This document shows, piece after piece, positions 1 through 9,371 of a stretch of 64,000 nt of DNA; within the stretch, counting starts at the first letter, position 1; each line of letters opens with the position of its first letter. A program made the position numbers and the translations under genes. The stretch is taken from positions 256,001 to 320,000 of the forward strand of contig CAXXFL010000007.1 in assembly GCA_963674965.2 (NCBI GenBank). The letters run 5' to 3'. The notes below the pieces were generated by a model. The model did not search any database. It saw nothing but the letters and a program-made list of their open reading frames with translations, and was not told the origin of the DNA. This stretch comes from a bacterium. GTDB taxonomy: Bacteria > RBG-13-61-14 > DATKZS01.

Positions 1-108
1 GACGGCCGGCCGCCGAGGCGCCCATGTCTTGTTTTTCGCGCCCCGTTCCTTTACAAAAGGGGAGGCCGATGCTATACTTTTTCGATCATTAATGAGAGGC
101 GAAGACTC

Positions 109-690
109 ATGTTAGAGACATTGTTATCGATCGTTCACGTGCTGGTTTGTCTGGCGCTGATTTTAATAATCCTTTTGCAAACCGGCAAAGGGGCCGGAAT
201 GGGAGCGGCTTTCGGCGGCTCGAGCCAGACGCTTTTCGGATCCACGGGCCGGGCCACTTTTTTGACCAAGGTTACCATCGCGGCGGCTATCATCTTCGGC
301 TTTTCCAGTCTTGGTCTCACCCTTCTCTCGACGGGTGGATCGAGCCTGATGGACGATTATAAACCCAAGCCGAACGTTAGCGATACTCCCTTGCCTCCAC
401 CCATACCCAGCGCGCCGGGGGCCAACGTTCCCATCCTTCCCCCCGGGGAAGAAGGACCGGGCGCCATGACGCCCGACGAAACGGCCCCGGAAACTCCCGG
501 CTCGGCATTCCCCGCTCTTCCCGGCTTCGAGCCGGTCGAGCCCTCGGCCGAACCGACGGAGGCCCCCACCTCAGGCCCGGCCATGACGCCGGCCCCAACG
601 GAGGCGCCCCCGGCCGAGGCCATTCCATCCTCGCCGACCGAGGCCCCCACCTCGGGCCCCGAGAGGGACGAGGAAGGCGGCCAGCAATAG
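109..690 (+). CDS. secG: Preprotein translocase subunit SecG with long Pro/Glu/Thr-rich C-terminal tail
   Basis: Typical SecG core (LIILLQTGKGAGMGAAFGGSSQTLFGSTGRATFLTKVT, two TM segments); followed by tRNA-Leu, a common synteny. Confidence 0.93.
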   Translation: MLETLLSIVHVLVCLALILIILLQTGKGAGMGAAFGGSSQTLFGSTGRATFLTKVTIAAAIIFGFSSLGLTLLSTGGSSLMDDYKPKPNVSDTPLPPPIPSAPGANVPILPPGEEGPGAMTPDETAPETPGSAFPALPGFEPVEPSAEPTEAPTSGPAMTPAPTEAPPAEAIPSSPTEAPTSGPERDEEGGQQ

Positions 691-744
691 CGGATTTTTC
701 GACCTTGCAAAAATCCGAGTATGGGGTTATATTATTTATCCACC

Positions 745-831
<87 letters not shown>

Positions 832-961
832 TATAATAGACTTCAGAATACGTCTCATACAATTCTTTTTATCGTCAATTTTCCGATTGCTTTTCCCTCC
901 GGAAAGGTGTACATTCTCCATCAGGTAACAGCGATATTGGCCCTATTAAAGGAGGGGTAAA

Positions 962-2506
962 ATGGCTTTTATTTCCCGCGGCAATGGTCGTTTTGGGATG
1001 GGTCTTATTTTCCTCTTTTTGTTTTTGTGTCCCACGCCGTCCGGCGCGCAATCGGTTCCCGGGCTCATCAACTATCAAGGCCGGCTCTCCGCCGACGACG
1101 GAACGCCGGTCAGCGGCCCCCGCCAAATGTATTTCGCCATTTATGATTCTCCATCATCGCCGACGCCACTTTGGGGAGAGACCCAGACCGTGACCATGTC
1201 CGGCGGTCTCTACCACGTTCTGCTTGGTTCGGTGCATTCCATTCCTCCGTCATTGTTCAGCGGTCCGGAGCGGTACCTCGAGGTGAAGGTGGAGGGCGAG
1301 GTCCTGGGGCCTCGGACCGCCTTTGCCAGCGTCCCCTACGCCCTGGCATGCGATTTAAATTCGCTATTAACCAATCAGGATTTGGATGAAGACGGCCACG
1401 CCTCGGCCCTCTTCGGGGGAGACGACTGTAATGACGCCGACCCCCAGACCTATCTGGACGCCCCCGAAATTACCGGCGACGGCATGGATCAGAGCTGCGA
1501 CGGGTACCCGCTGGGTCCGCGCGACGTCTGCCTTTTATGCGGCGTCCCCCAGGACAGGTCGCTCGACGGCTGCGCCGCTGAAATCGAGGGCGACTACATT
1601 ATCGGATACTCCGGCTTCGAGTCGATGCGGGACTGCATGGAAACCGGCGGGTGTTCCAGTTTCCAAACCTGTTTCGACGTCATGAGAGCCGGACTCGAGG
1701 ACGATCTTTGCTCCTACCTCGATTCCTGCGGCTATATCGACTACTCCGACTGCCTGCTTGACGTCGCCGTAAATTGGGATGGCGACCGGATGGCGGTACT
1801 TACTGCCCCGACGGTCTGCCTCCTGGAAACCGCGTCCTGCGATCCTGCCGCGATCCGGGAATGTTTGACCACCGAGGCGCTTGATTATAACCGCATGGTG
1901 GACAGCCAGAGCAATTTCGCCCTCGATTTTCATTTGATCGTTCCCTTTTCGGACCCGGCCCAGAGTTTCCAGGTGAAAAATCCTCGGGGCGTTATCTCTC
2001 CCCTGGTTCATGACGGCGGCTGGAACTGGAGCATCAGTACCGTGTTCGAACCTCTTTCGCCCTTTGGCCGCGACTGGCCGGCGGGGACCTACCAGATTCT
2101 TTCCGGCGCCACCGTCTACGACGCTTTCAACGTGCCGCCCTACGACGTCTCAATGTACCCCAAGACGTTTTTTGGCGTCACCCCCGCTCATCTCAGCGCC
2201 GTCGACGTGAACCCTTTGCCAGTAAGCTGGCAACTCAATACGGGGGCGGAGCCCATGAGCGTTTTCCTGCAAAACAAAAATTTCGTCCGCGGCACAAATT
2301 TCGAAAGCGATGACATTGCTCCCGACGTTTTCAAATGCAGCCTCCAGGTCCCGCCGAATACTTTAACCGGCGATACCCTTACCGTCCTTTTCTCGACCAA
2401 GGTCGCCTCCTCTTACGCGAACCTGGACGACTTGAAGCAGGTCTTCCTGCGCCAGTTCTGCAGCCACAACTGGGCGGAATACACCTGGACGGGACCGGAC
2501 CTGTAG
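962..2506 (+). CDS. Secreted Cys-rich surface protein with a MopE-related putative metal-binding repeat
   Basis: RBS AAGGAGG; signal peptide; N-terminal QSVPGLINYQGRL...SVPYAL module; DLDEDGH...DCNDADP...APEITGDGMDQSCDG repeat; central Cys-rich segment. Confidence 0.7.
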   Translation: MAFISRGNGRFGMGLIFLFLFLCPTPSGAQSVPGLINYQGRLSADDGTPVSGPRQMYFAIYDSPSSPTPLWGETQTVTMSGGLYHVLLGSVHSIPPSLFSGPERYLEVKVEGEVLGPRTAFASVPYALACDLNSLLTNQDLDEDGHASALFGGDDCNDADPQTYLDAPEITGDGMDQSCDGYPLGPRDVCLLCGVPQDRSLDGCAAEIEGDYIIGYSGFESMRDCMETGGCSSFQTCFDVMRAGLEDDLCSYLDSCGYIDYSDCLLDVAVNWDGDRMAVLTAPTVCLLETASCDPAAIRECLTTEALDYNRMVDSQSNFALDFHLIVPFSDPAQSFQVKNPRGVISPLVHDGGWNWSISTVFEPLSPFGRDWPAGTYQILSGATVYDAFNVPPYDVSMYPKTFFGVTPAHLSAVDVNPLPVSWQLNTGAEPMSVFLQNKNFVRGTNFESDDIAPDVFKCSLQVPPNTLTGDTLTVLFSTKVASSYANLDDLKQVFLRQFCSHNWAEYTWTGPDL

Positions 2507-2622
2507 AAACCGCTGGAATCGCACGGGCGAGGAGCCAAGCCGAATGTTGGATCGGCCGTCTCGATTTCCAACATTAAGACTCCCCCCGTCATTTATATCA
2601 CCCGAATAAAGCGAGGGGGGGA

Positions 2623-2670
2623 GGGGGAAGGACGTCCTCGAACTCCACAAACCGTCCTTCCCCCGCTTTC
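2623..2670 (+). terminator. Possible intrinsic terminator or stem-loop
   Basis: Perfect 12-bp inverted repeat GGGGGAAGGACG (2623-2634) / CGTCCTTCCCCC (2653-2664) followed by GCTTTC; the U-tract is weak. Confidence 0.4.
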
Positions 2671-2890
2671 TGCCATATAAACCGCCAATCCAATGGCCCC
2701 GCTTCCGCCTCACCTTTCGGAATCATTCAATCTCCAGCGGCGCGGTCTCAAGCCATTGATTTGAATTCAGGCTTGTTTAGCGCAAGAATGCTCTCAATTA
2801 ACGTTTGCCGTTGACGCCGGGCCAAGTCAAAGGCCTATTTATCCGGACGTTTTTTCCGGACGGCTTGGCGTAAGTAAGAGGAGAAAAACA

Positions 2891-4315
2891 ATGAAGAAAT
2901 CGCGCAAAATTCCAGCATTGGCGGGGTTCCTCCTGGTTGTCGCCGCCGGTTCGATGGCTTCTTTCGCGCCGCAAGATTACGACCCCTTTACCTTGTTCAA
3001 AGCCGCTCCCATCGGCACGGGCTACGCCGCCAAGATGCTTTGCACGGGCGTTTTCGTCTCGGGCCGCGACCCCGACTCGCTGTGGAAAGAGGACCTGGAA
3101 TTGATGCGCAACAACCTCGTTCGAGGCCGGGTCGACTATAAAAACAAGTCGGCCGAGGCCTATATCTTCGGTTTTCTTTTCAAGCGGACGGCCGTATATC
3201 GGGAGGATTGCGGCTGTACTCTCGTTATTGGGACGTCGAAAGATGATTTGATAACACAATGCGAGGTGGAACTCCCGAGGCCGGAGGATAATATTAAAGA
3301 CCTCCCCTGGCCCATGGGGGACGAGATGGAAGCTTCCGAGCCGCCCGGCGTCGATCACGAGCAACTTGACAAGGCCCTGGACTGGGCTTTCAGCGAGGAT
3401 GATAAAAAAGTCCCCGTCAGGACCAGGGCCGTCATCGTTTTGTACGACGGAAAAATCGTGGCCGAGCGCTACGGCGATGGCTACTCGAGGGACACCCGCC
3501 TCCTGGGTTGGTCGATGACGAAAAGCGTGACCGGCGCCTTGATAGGAATTCTCTCCCGGCAAGGAAAGCTCGATATCCATCAGCCCGCCCCCATCGAGGA
3601 ATGGCAAAACCCGGGCGACGCGCGCCGGAATATTACCATCGACCAGTTGCTCCGCATGAGCGGCGGCCTCGAGTTCCGGGAGGAATACGAGCAGAACCCC
3701 GACACGGACGCGGGCTTCATGTTCTTTACCGTGCCCGACATGACGGCCTTCGCGGCGAACAAGCCGCCGGTGGCCGAGCCGGACCGCGAATTCAGCTACT
3801 CCAGCGGCACCACCATGCTCCTCGGCCGTATCATTCGCGTCACGGTGGGCGGCTCTTTCGAGGACTACCTTTCCTTCCCTCGCCGGGAGCTTTTCAACAA
3901 GCTGGGCATGGCAAGCGCGATCATCGAGACGGACCCCTCGGGCACCATGGTGGGAGCCGGGTTCATGTACGCGACGGCTCGGGACTGGGCCAGGTTCGGT
4001 CTTTTATATTACAACGACGGGGTCTGGAACGGGGAAAGGATACTGCCCGAGGGCTGGGTCGAGTATACCCGTACTCCATCCCCGACGTCCCAGGGCTACG
4101 GCGCTCAATTCTGGCTTAATGCGGGGGGCAAGGACAGGTGGATGCCCGACTGTCCAGAGGACATTTACAGCGCCTGGGGACACGAGGGCCAATTCGTGAC
4201 CATTTCTCCTTCCCGCAAGGCCATAATCGTTCGCCTGGGCCAGACTTTCGACGAGGAAAAAAACTGGGACCACAACTACTTCGTGTCCAGCGTATTGAAA
4301 GCATTGCCAAATTAA
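2891..4315 (+). CDS. Serine hydrolase, beta-lactamase class C / NylB-like family
   Basis: WSMTKS (SxxK), FSYSSG, SAWGHEGQ motifs; N-terminal signal peptide; RBS GAGGAG. Confidence 0.88.
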   Translation: MKKSRKIPALAGFLLVVAAGSMASFAPQDYDPFTLFKAAPIGTGYAAKMLCTGVFVSGRDPDSLWKEDLELMRNNLVRGRVDYKNKSAEAYIFGFLFKRTAVYREDCGCTLVIGTSKDDLITQCEVELPRPEDNIKDLPWPMGDEMEASEPPGVDHEQLDKALDWAFSEDDKKVPVRTRAVIVLYDGKIVAERYGDGYSRDTRLLGWSMTKSVTGALIGILSRQGKLDIHQPAPIEEWQNPGDARRNITIDQLLRMSGGLEFREEYEQNPDTDAGFMFFTVPDMTAFAANKPPVAEPDREFSYSSGTTMLLGRIIRVTVGGSFEDYLSFPRRELFNKLGMASAIIETDPSGTMVGAGFMYATARDWARFGLLYYNDGVWNGERILPEGWVEYTRTPSPTSQGYGAQFWLNAGGKDRWMPDCPEDIYSAWGHEGQFVTISPSRKAIIVRLGQTFDEEKNWDHNYFVSSVLKALPN

Positions 4316-4374
4316 AATATCTTCGCGGCGGCTTCCCTTTATACATTTTAAGCCGGCGCTTGCGGGAGGAAGGC

Positions 4375-4932
4375 ATGTCTTTTTCCAGAAGAAGATTCAT
4401 AAAATCCGCCGCCATGGTCGCCGGGGCCATGGTCGGCCCATGGAGCCTGGCGGGCAGAGAGGCCAGGGCGGCCGTCGGCGCCGCGAAGACATTATCGATC
4501 CTGACTCGTTCCGAGTATAACTATATAAACGCGATGGCGCGAGAGATAATTCCCGACGAGCCCGTGCTAAACGGCCAGGTAGACGTGGCGGGCAACATCG
4601 ACCGTTTCTTCGCCATGGACAACTCGTCGCCCGACTTTCTGGTGATGCTCCGGTTTCTCCGTCTAATCAGGATGGCCGATCCCGTTCTGCCTTTGCTAAG
4701 GCGAACGTCTCCCTTCATCCATGAGGACGTCATCAGTTTCAAGCGCACCATCTGCTTTCTGGGCTACTATAGCGACGCCAACGGCGAGGCGGAGATATCG
4801 CCCGCCGAGCGCGTCGTCTGGCCCCGGATCGGCTACGGAGGGCCCAAGGACGACGACTGGTGGCCTCCGGACCAGGAGGTCCAGCTTGACCCCGACGCTC
4901 TGACCGACCGGATCAAGGAGGAAGGAGCGTGA
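4375..4932 (+). CDS. Tat-signal small partner subunit of GMC oxidoreductase (gluconate 2-dehydrogenase subunit 3-like)
   Basis: Start reassigned to ATG 4375 after GGAGG; MSFSRRRFIKSAA twin-arginine signal; FLGYYS...WPRIGYGGP end; 4-bp overlap with the GMC gene. Confidence 0.7.
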   Translation: MSFSRRRFIKSAAMVAGAMVGPWSLAGREARAAVGAAKTLSILTRSEYNYINAMAREIIPDEPVLNGQVDVAGNIDRFFAMDNSSPDFLVMLRFLRLIRMADPVLPLLRRTSPFIHEDVISFKRTICFLGYYSDANGEAEISPAERVVWPRIGYGGPKDDDWWPPDQEVQLDPDALTDRIKEEGA

Positions 4933-6602
4933 TTTACTCTTACGATGATATCAAAGCGGGCGAGGTGGTGGGGCCGGTGGACGTCTGCGTCATCGGCTCG
5001 GGCGCCGGCGGCTCGGTCATGGCTCACTATCTTTCCAAGGCCGGTCTCAAGGTCGTGGTCCTGGAGAAAGGGGCCCACTATCCCAGCGAGGAACTGGGCA
5101 AAAGGGAGGTCAGGCAACTCACCCGGATTCAGGCCATGACCATCTTCACCCCCGTCACCGGCGAACACACGCGGGTGTCCCTGATCGCGGGGGAATGCTA
5201 CGGAGGCGGCACGGTCGGCTCGGAGAGCGTCACCTGGGACTTTCCCCAAATCGTGCTGGAGGACTGGAACAAACTTGGACTTACCTCATTTTCTCCGGAC
5301 AATCCGCGGCTTGAGGAATACCGGCTCGAGCTTCGGAAGCTTCTTAACGTTCATCCCGTCGAGCCTCTCCACCATAATCCCTGCAACCAGATACTTAAAA
5401 TAGGGGCCGAGAGGGAGGGAATAAAATGGAAAAGCGTCGAGAGGCCGGTCAGCTATTGCATGCGCTGCGGCAATTGCACTCAAGGATGCCATTATGGAGT
5501 GAAGAACGACTCGGCCAACACCTTTCTGGCCTGGGCGGGGGAACGGGGAGCCGACGCCTATTGCGGGGCGTCCGTGGAAAAGATCGCGATCAATTATTAC
5601 GGTCCGGACGACCACCCCTACTCCGAAAAACTGAAGTTCCTGCAAGGAGCTTCCAGGACCGATACTCTCCGCGAGCTTGAAAACGGGAAAAAGGGATGGC
5701 CCTCGAAGTTCACGGTCACGGCCTTGGTGACGGACCGTAAAAGCCCTCCCCCTCGAAAGGGCGCGCCCGACAGCCGCTCGATTACGGTCCACTCGGACCA
5801 GGTGGCGCTGGCCGCCGGTCCGTTGGGAACGTCCCGTTTGCTATTGAAAAGCAAGATCAATCCCAACCAGGTGGTGGGGAAAAGGTTCACCACCCATCCC
5901 ACCTCGTTCAACGTCGCCCGCTTCGGCCGGAGCGCGCGGCTTAACGGTTGGGACGGGATTAACGACACCATCGAGGTCCACCATTTCTCGGACATGTACA
6001 GGAACGAGGATTATTTCAATCCCGACCGCCACGGGTTCCTGCTGGAGGGCGCCCTTTCCCTGCCCTGGGGAGTGTCCAACCTCCTGCCGGGAACGGGAAA
6101 AGAGCACGTCGCGCTTATGAGGGACATGAACCATATGGCCGGGATCGAGGTGAACGTCAAAACCGACTCCTATGGCCGGGTGACTGAAAAGGACGTCAGG
6201 TTCGACCTTTCCGAGCGAGACAATGAGGCCATGCTGTACGGAACGTGGGTCGCGGCCCGGATTTTTTTCCGGGCCGGCGCGCGGGAAATATTCACCGGGT
6301 TGCCGGGTCTGGTCCTCAGGTCGCCGGCGGACCTGGACAAGATATTCAAGTACAAGCGGGGCGGAAAAAAAGGCTTCATGCAAAAGCAGGCCAACTTGTA
6401 CTCCGGACACATCTTCGGCGGCGCGGTAATGGGAGTGGACCCAAAAACCTCATTCGCGGATGAGACCGGAGAGTGCCATCACATAAAGGGGCTTTGGGTG
6501 TCCGATGGATCGGCCTTTCCCACCAACGTGGGGGTCAATTGCTGCTTGTCCATCATGTTCGCGGCCAGGAAAATAGCGGACGATTTTATCGCGAAAACTT
6601 AA
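4929..6602 (+). CDS. GMC family FAD oxidoreductase
   Basis: VIGSGAGG FAD-binding motif, VLEKG, GGGT, CMRCGNCTQGC Cys cluster, C-terminal HIFGG and DGSAFPTNVGVN. Confidence 0.9.
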   Translation: MIYSYDDIKAGEVVGPVDVCVIGSGAGGSVMAHYLSKAGLKVVVLEKGAHYPSEELGKREVRQLTRIQAMTIFTPVTGEHTRVSLIAGECYGGGTVGSESVTWDFPQIVLEDWNKLGLTSFSPDNPRLEEYRLELRKLLNVHPVEPLHHNPCNQILKIGAEREGIKWKSVERPVSYCMRCGNCTQGCHYGVKNDSANTFLAWAGERGADAYCGASVEKIAINYYGPDDHPYSEKLKFLQGASRTDTLRELENGKKGWPSKFTVTALVTDRKSPPPRKGAPDSRSITVHSDQVALAAGPLGTSRLLLKSKINPNQVVGKRFTTHPTSFNVARFGRSARLNGWDGINDTIEVHHFSDMYRNEDYFNPDRHGFLLEGALSLPWGVSNLLPGTGKEHVALMRDMNHMAGIEVNVKTDSYGRVTEKDVRFDLSERDNEAMLYGTWVAARIFFRAGAREIFTGLPGLVLRSPADLDKIFKYKRGGKKGFMQKQANLYSGHIFGGAVMGVDPKTSFADETGECHHIKGLWVSDGSAFPTNVGVNCCLSIMFAARKIADDFIAKT

Positions 6603-6627
6603 CCCGGCCGAGCCGTTTCGTGGATCG

Positions 6628-6657
6628 AAAAAAATGGGGAGCCTCGAAGACTCCCCA
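6628..6657 (-). terminator. Rho-independent terminator for the minus-strand PA2779-like gene, possibly bidirectional
   Basis: Minus strand reads TGGGGAGTCT-TCG-AGGCTCCCCA followed by T7; lies between convergent genes. Confidence 0.7.
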
Positions 6658-6679
6658 ACAAAGTCAAGCTATATCTCGG

Positions 6680-7081
6680 TCATGGGTTTTTCTTTCTGCT
6701 TCCCGGAATTCGAAGATCGATATAGCCCAGGAAATGCAGGATCAGAAGCACCAGGATGGCGATGATGAGAAGGGTGAGTATAAGGCCCAGCGCGTCTCCT
6801 CCGGCGTTGATCTTGTCCGAGTGGGCGGCCAACTCGGCTATCTGCTGGTCGGAGAGCTGGTCGAGCCGGGAGGACACCTCCTCGGGCGTGAGACCATAGT
6901 CGGCCAACCTGGCGGCCACTTCCTTGCGCTCGAGCGCCGTCCGCACCGAGGCCAGGTTCGCCTGCCTGAGTTCCATGTTTTTATCAGCCTTGTCCGCCGT
7001 TACCATGCCGGCGTTGCTCACGTCGGGCAACATGCCGATGATGGCCATGGCCGCTATCACCGCAAACATTACCTTTCTCAT
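6680..7081 (-). CDS. PA2779-family protein
   Basis: Signal peptide MRKVMF..., EVAARLADYGLTPEEVSSRLDQLSDQQIAELA...AGGD followed by a hydrophobic C-terminal TM; start taken at 7081. Confidence 0.75.
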   Translation of the reverse strand: MRKVMFAVIAAMAIIGMLPDVSNAGMVTADKADKNMELRQANLASVRTALERKEVAARLADYGLTPEEVSSRLDQLSDQQIAELAAHSDKINAGGDALGLILTLLIIAILVLLILHFLGYIDLRIPGSRKKNP

Positions 7082-7405
7082 GCGTCCACCCTTGATGGAC
7101 AATAAAGTTTTCCGCATCAACATACCGTTTCCTCCTCTTGCTTCTCCCTTGGAGACTTAAATTGTTTTCCCCCACGCGCGTTCCGGAAAGCCATGCGACT
7201 TTTAACCGATTATCCAGACATATCATAATAAACCAAATGAAAATGTCAAGTCTCCATAACGCTCCATAACGCTCGCGTCAAGTAAGAGGAATAGGACCTC
7301 ATCTCCCGGCTACGTGATCTAAAATACACGTCGCTCGACGCGCGGATTCTTATTTCGAGACTCTTTTAGGGGTGAAAGCGCGCGGACGGGAGCGGTGGGC
7401 CGCGT

Positions 7406-8317
7406 TCATTCCCTCTCGAACCTTACCTCGTAGCCGCGCGCTTCCGGCTCGGAGGAGTCGTCTCCGTCCCAGCGCTGCCTTACCACGCCTCTTCTCCCCT
7501 CCTGGTATCCCTGCTGGAAGAAGGAGTCGCGGTCCGGATAATAACGCCAGGCGTAGTCGTCGGCGGTATACCAGTCTTTAAGCCCCTTTATCCCGATGGA
7601 GCGGCCTAAAAATTCCTTCTCGTCAACCACGTTGTATCCCGGGGGTACCTCGAAGGTCCCCGGCCTGAAATTAGGATTGATCTTGACGTCGACAAGGTCC
7701 ATTACGCCCTTTTCTCCGTCGCCCTTGCCCAGGGTCTCGATCCTTCTTACCCGGCCGCCCTCGTCAACGTAAAGGACGTATTCGCCGGGCGGGCCCAGGC
7801 GCGTGGTGAAGGTGAGCCAGTATTTCTTCGCCTTGAACGTGTTGCCCTTCTTGTCCCTTAAAACGTCCGCGCCCAGGGAATGGAACTCGATCAATCCTTT
7901 TTTCGACTCCGTCATGGCGTCCCATATCGGGAAGATTATACGCTCGCCGTAAATCCGGGCCGGGCTCTGTCCGTCCTGATCGGCGGGGACCTCCATGGCA
8001 AGCCGGCGTCTGGCGTTGAGAAACCATACGCTATTGCCGTCGCATACCGTCCACTGCCTGACTTCCCGCCCGCCGCTCGATCCAAGATAGGCTATGTCCT
8101 TATATGAAAACTTGTCGTCCAGCCGTCTGATCTCGATCCTTTGCTTGGCCCCGAAACCCTTGCCCCTGTCCACCTCGAGAACGTAGCTGAAGCAGCGGAC
8201 GTCGGTCCGCCTGATGACCGGGGCTTGTCCCTTGCACGATGAAATCGAGATCACGACGAGCGCCGCCATTAGAATCGCGCCGACAATCCGGGAGAAGCTG
8301 AAGTTGATCGCGGACAT
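7406..8317 (-). CDS. Putative lipoprotein with LolA-like / DUF4412-like fold
   Basis: Lipobox-like ISSC; VCDGNSVWFLN...; DVKINPNFRPGTFEVPPGY; start at 8317 or 8341 uncertain. Confidence 0.5.
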   Translation of the reverse strand: MSAINFSFSRIVGAILMAALVVISISSCKGQAPVIRRTDVRCFSYVLEVDRGKGFGAKQRIEIRRLDDKFSYKDIAYLGSSGGREVRQWTVCDGNSVWFLNARRRLAMEVPADQDGQSPARIYGERIIFPIWDAMTESKKGLIEFHSLGADVLRDKKGNTFKAKKYWLTFTTRLGPPGEYVLYVDEGGRVRRIETLGKGDGEKGVMDLVDVKINPNFRPGTFEVPPGYNVVDEKEFLGRSIGIKGLKDWYTADDYAWRYYPDRDSFFQQGYQEGRRGVVRQRWDGDDSSEPEARGYEVRFERE

Positions 8318-8574
8318 TGAATTACCCCCGATTATTGCCACCTTATATCCGAGTTTATTTTCGGAGATTGAACCACATCATTAGTTTAGCAAATTTTTTC
8401 CAAGGCCCCAGCGAAATTCCGAGTTTCAAAGCGGCCCCGCTCCAGGGGAATATACCATCCGGAACAACGCGGGTCAAAGGTTTTTTTGCGTGAACCTTCA
8501 GATGATCTTTTTCTCTCGTCCGATCTTGATACTTGGGGAGGTTGGGCTTAGGATAGAATCCTCGGAGGTTTTAC

Positions 8575-9138
8575 ATGCTGCTCATGATCGACAACTACGA
8601 CTCCTTCACCTACAACCTGGTCCAGTACCTGGGCGAGTTGGGAGAGGAGGTCGTGACCCATCGTAACGACCGGATTACCCTCGATGAAATCGCAAAAATG
8701 AAGCCGGACCGGATTGTTGTCTCACCCGGCCCTTGCGACCCTCCCAAGGCCGGCATATCGATGGAGGCGATCAAACGCTTCGCCGGAAAAATCCCCATCC
8801 TCGGCGTCTGTCTCGGGCACCAGTCGATAGGCGCGGCCCTGGGCGGGAAAATAATCCTCGCCGACCGACTGATGCACGGCAAGACCTCCCCCATCCATCA
8901 CGACGGCAAGACCCTTTTCAATGGGCTTCCGGACCCTTTCGACGCGACCCGCTACCACTCGCTCCTGGTCTCGAGGGAAGACCTGCCCGACTGCCTCGAG
9001 GTCTCAGCCTGGACGGAGGAGGGAGAAATTATGGGTCTTCGCCACAAGGAATTTAAGGTGGAAGGCATTCAGTTCCATCCCGAGAGTATTCTCACCCTCC
9101 ACGGCAAGAAGCTACTCGGCAATTTCCTTCAAAGCTGA
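8575..9138 (+). CDS. trpG: Anthranilate / aminodeoxychorismate synthase component II (glutamine amidotransferase)
   Basis: [33 protein letters not shown]; trpG versus pabA cannot be distinguished. Confidence 0.92.
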   Translation: MLLMIDNYDSFTYNLVQYLGELGEEVVTHRNDRITLDEIAKMKPDRIVVSPGPCDPPKAGISMEAIKRFAGKIPILGVCLGHQSIGAALGGKIILADRLMHGKTSPIHHDGKTLFNGLPDPFDATRYHSLLVSREDLPDCLEVSAWTEEGEIMGLRHKEFKVEGIQFHPESILTLHGKKLLGNFLQS

Positions 9139-9371
9139 CTGGACGTGTATTGAGGCTCAACGGAGCCTTCCCGGGCCTTTCTTACTATTTCAGGCTGATT
9201 TTCAAAAAATTTATGCCAAAGCCAAGAACCATATGACGGGCGAGTTGTCATAGGTTTATCGGGCCCGGCTGGCCTGATATTTGACAAAATCCATTTATTC
9301 TATACACTTAAGGGTAAGTCCGATATAAACGGGCATGGGGCTAAACATAACAATAAAGGATTCCCACTATT

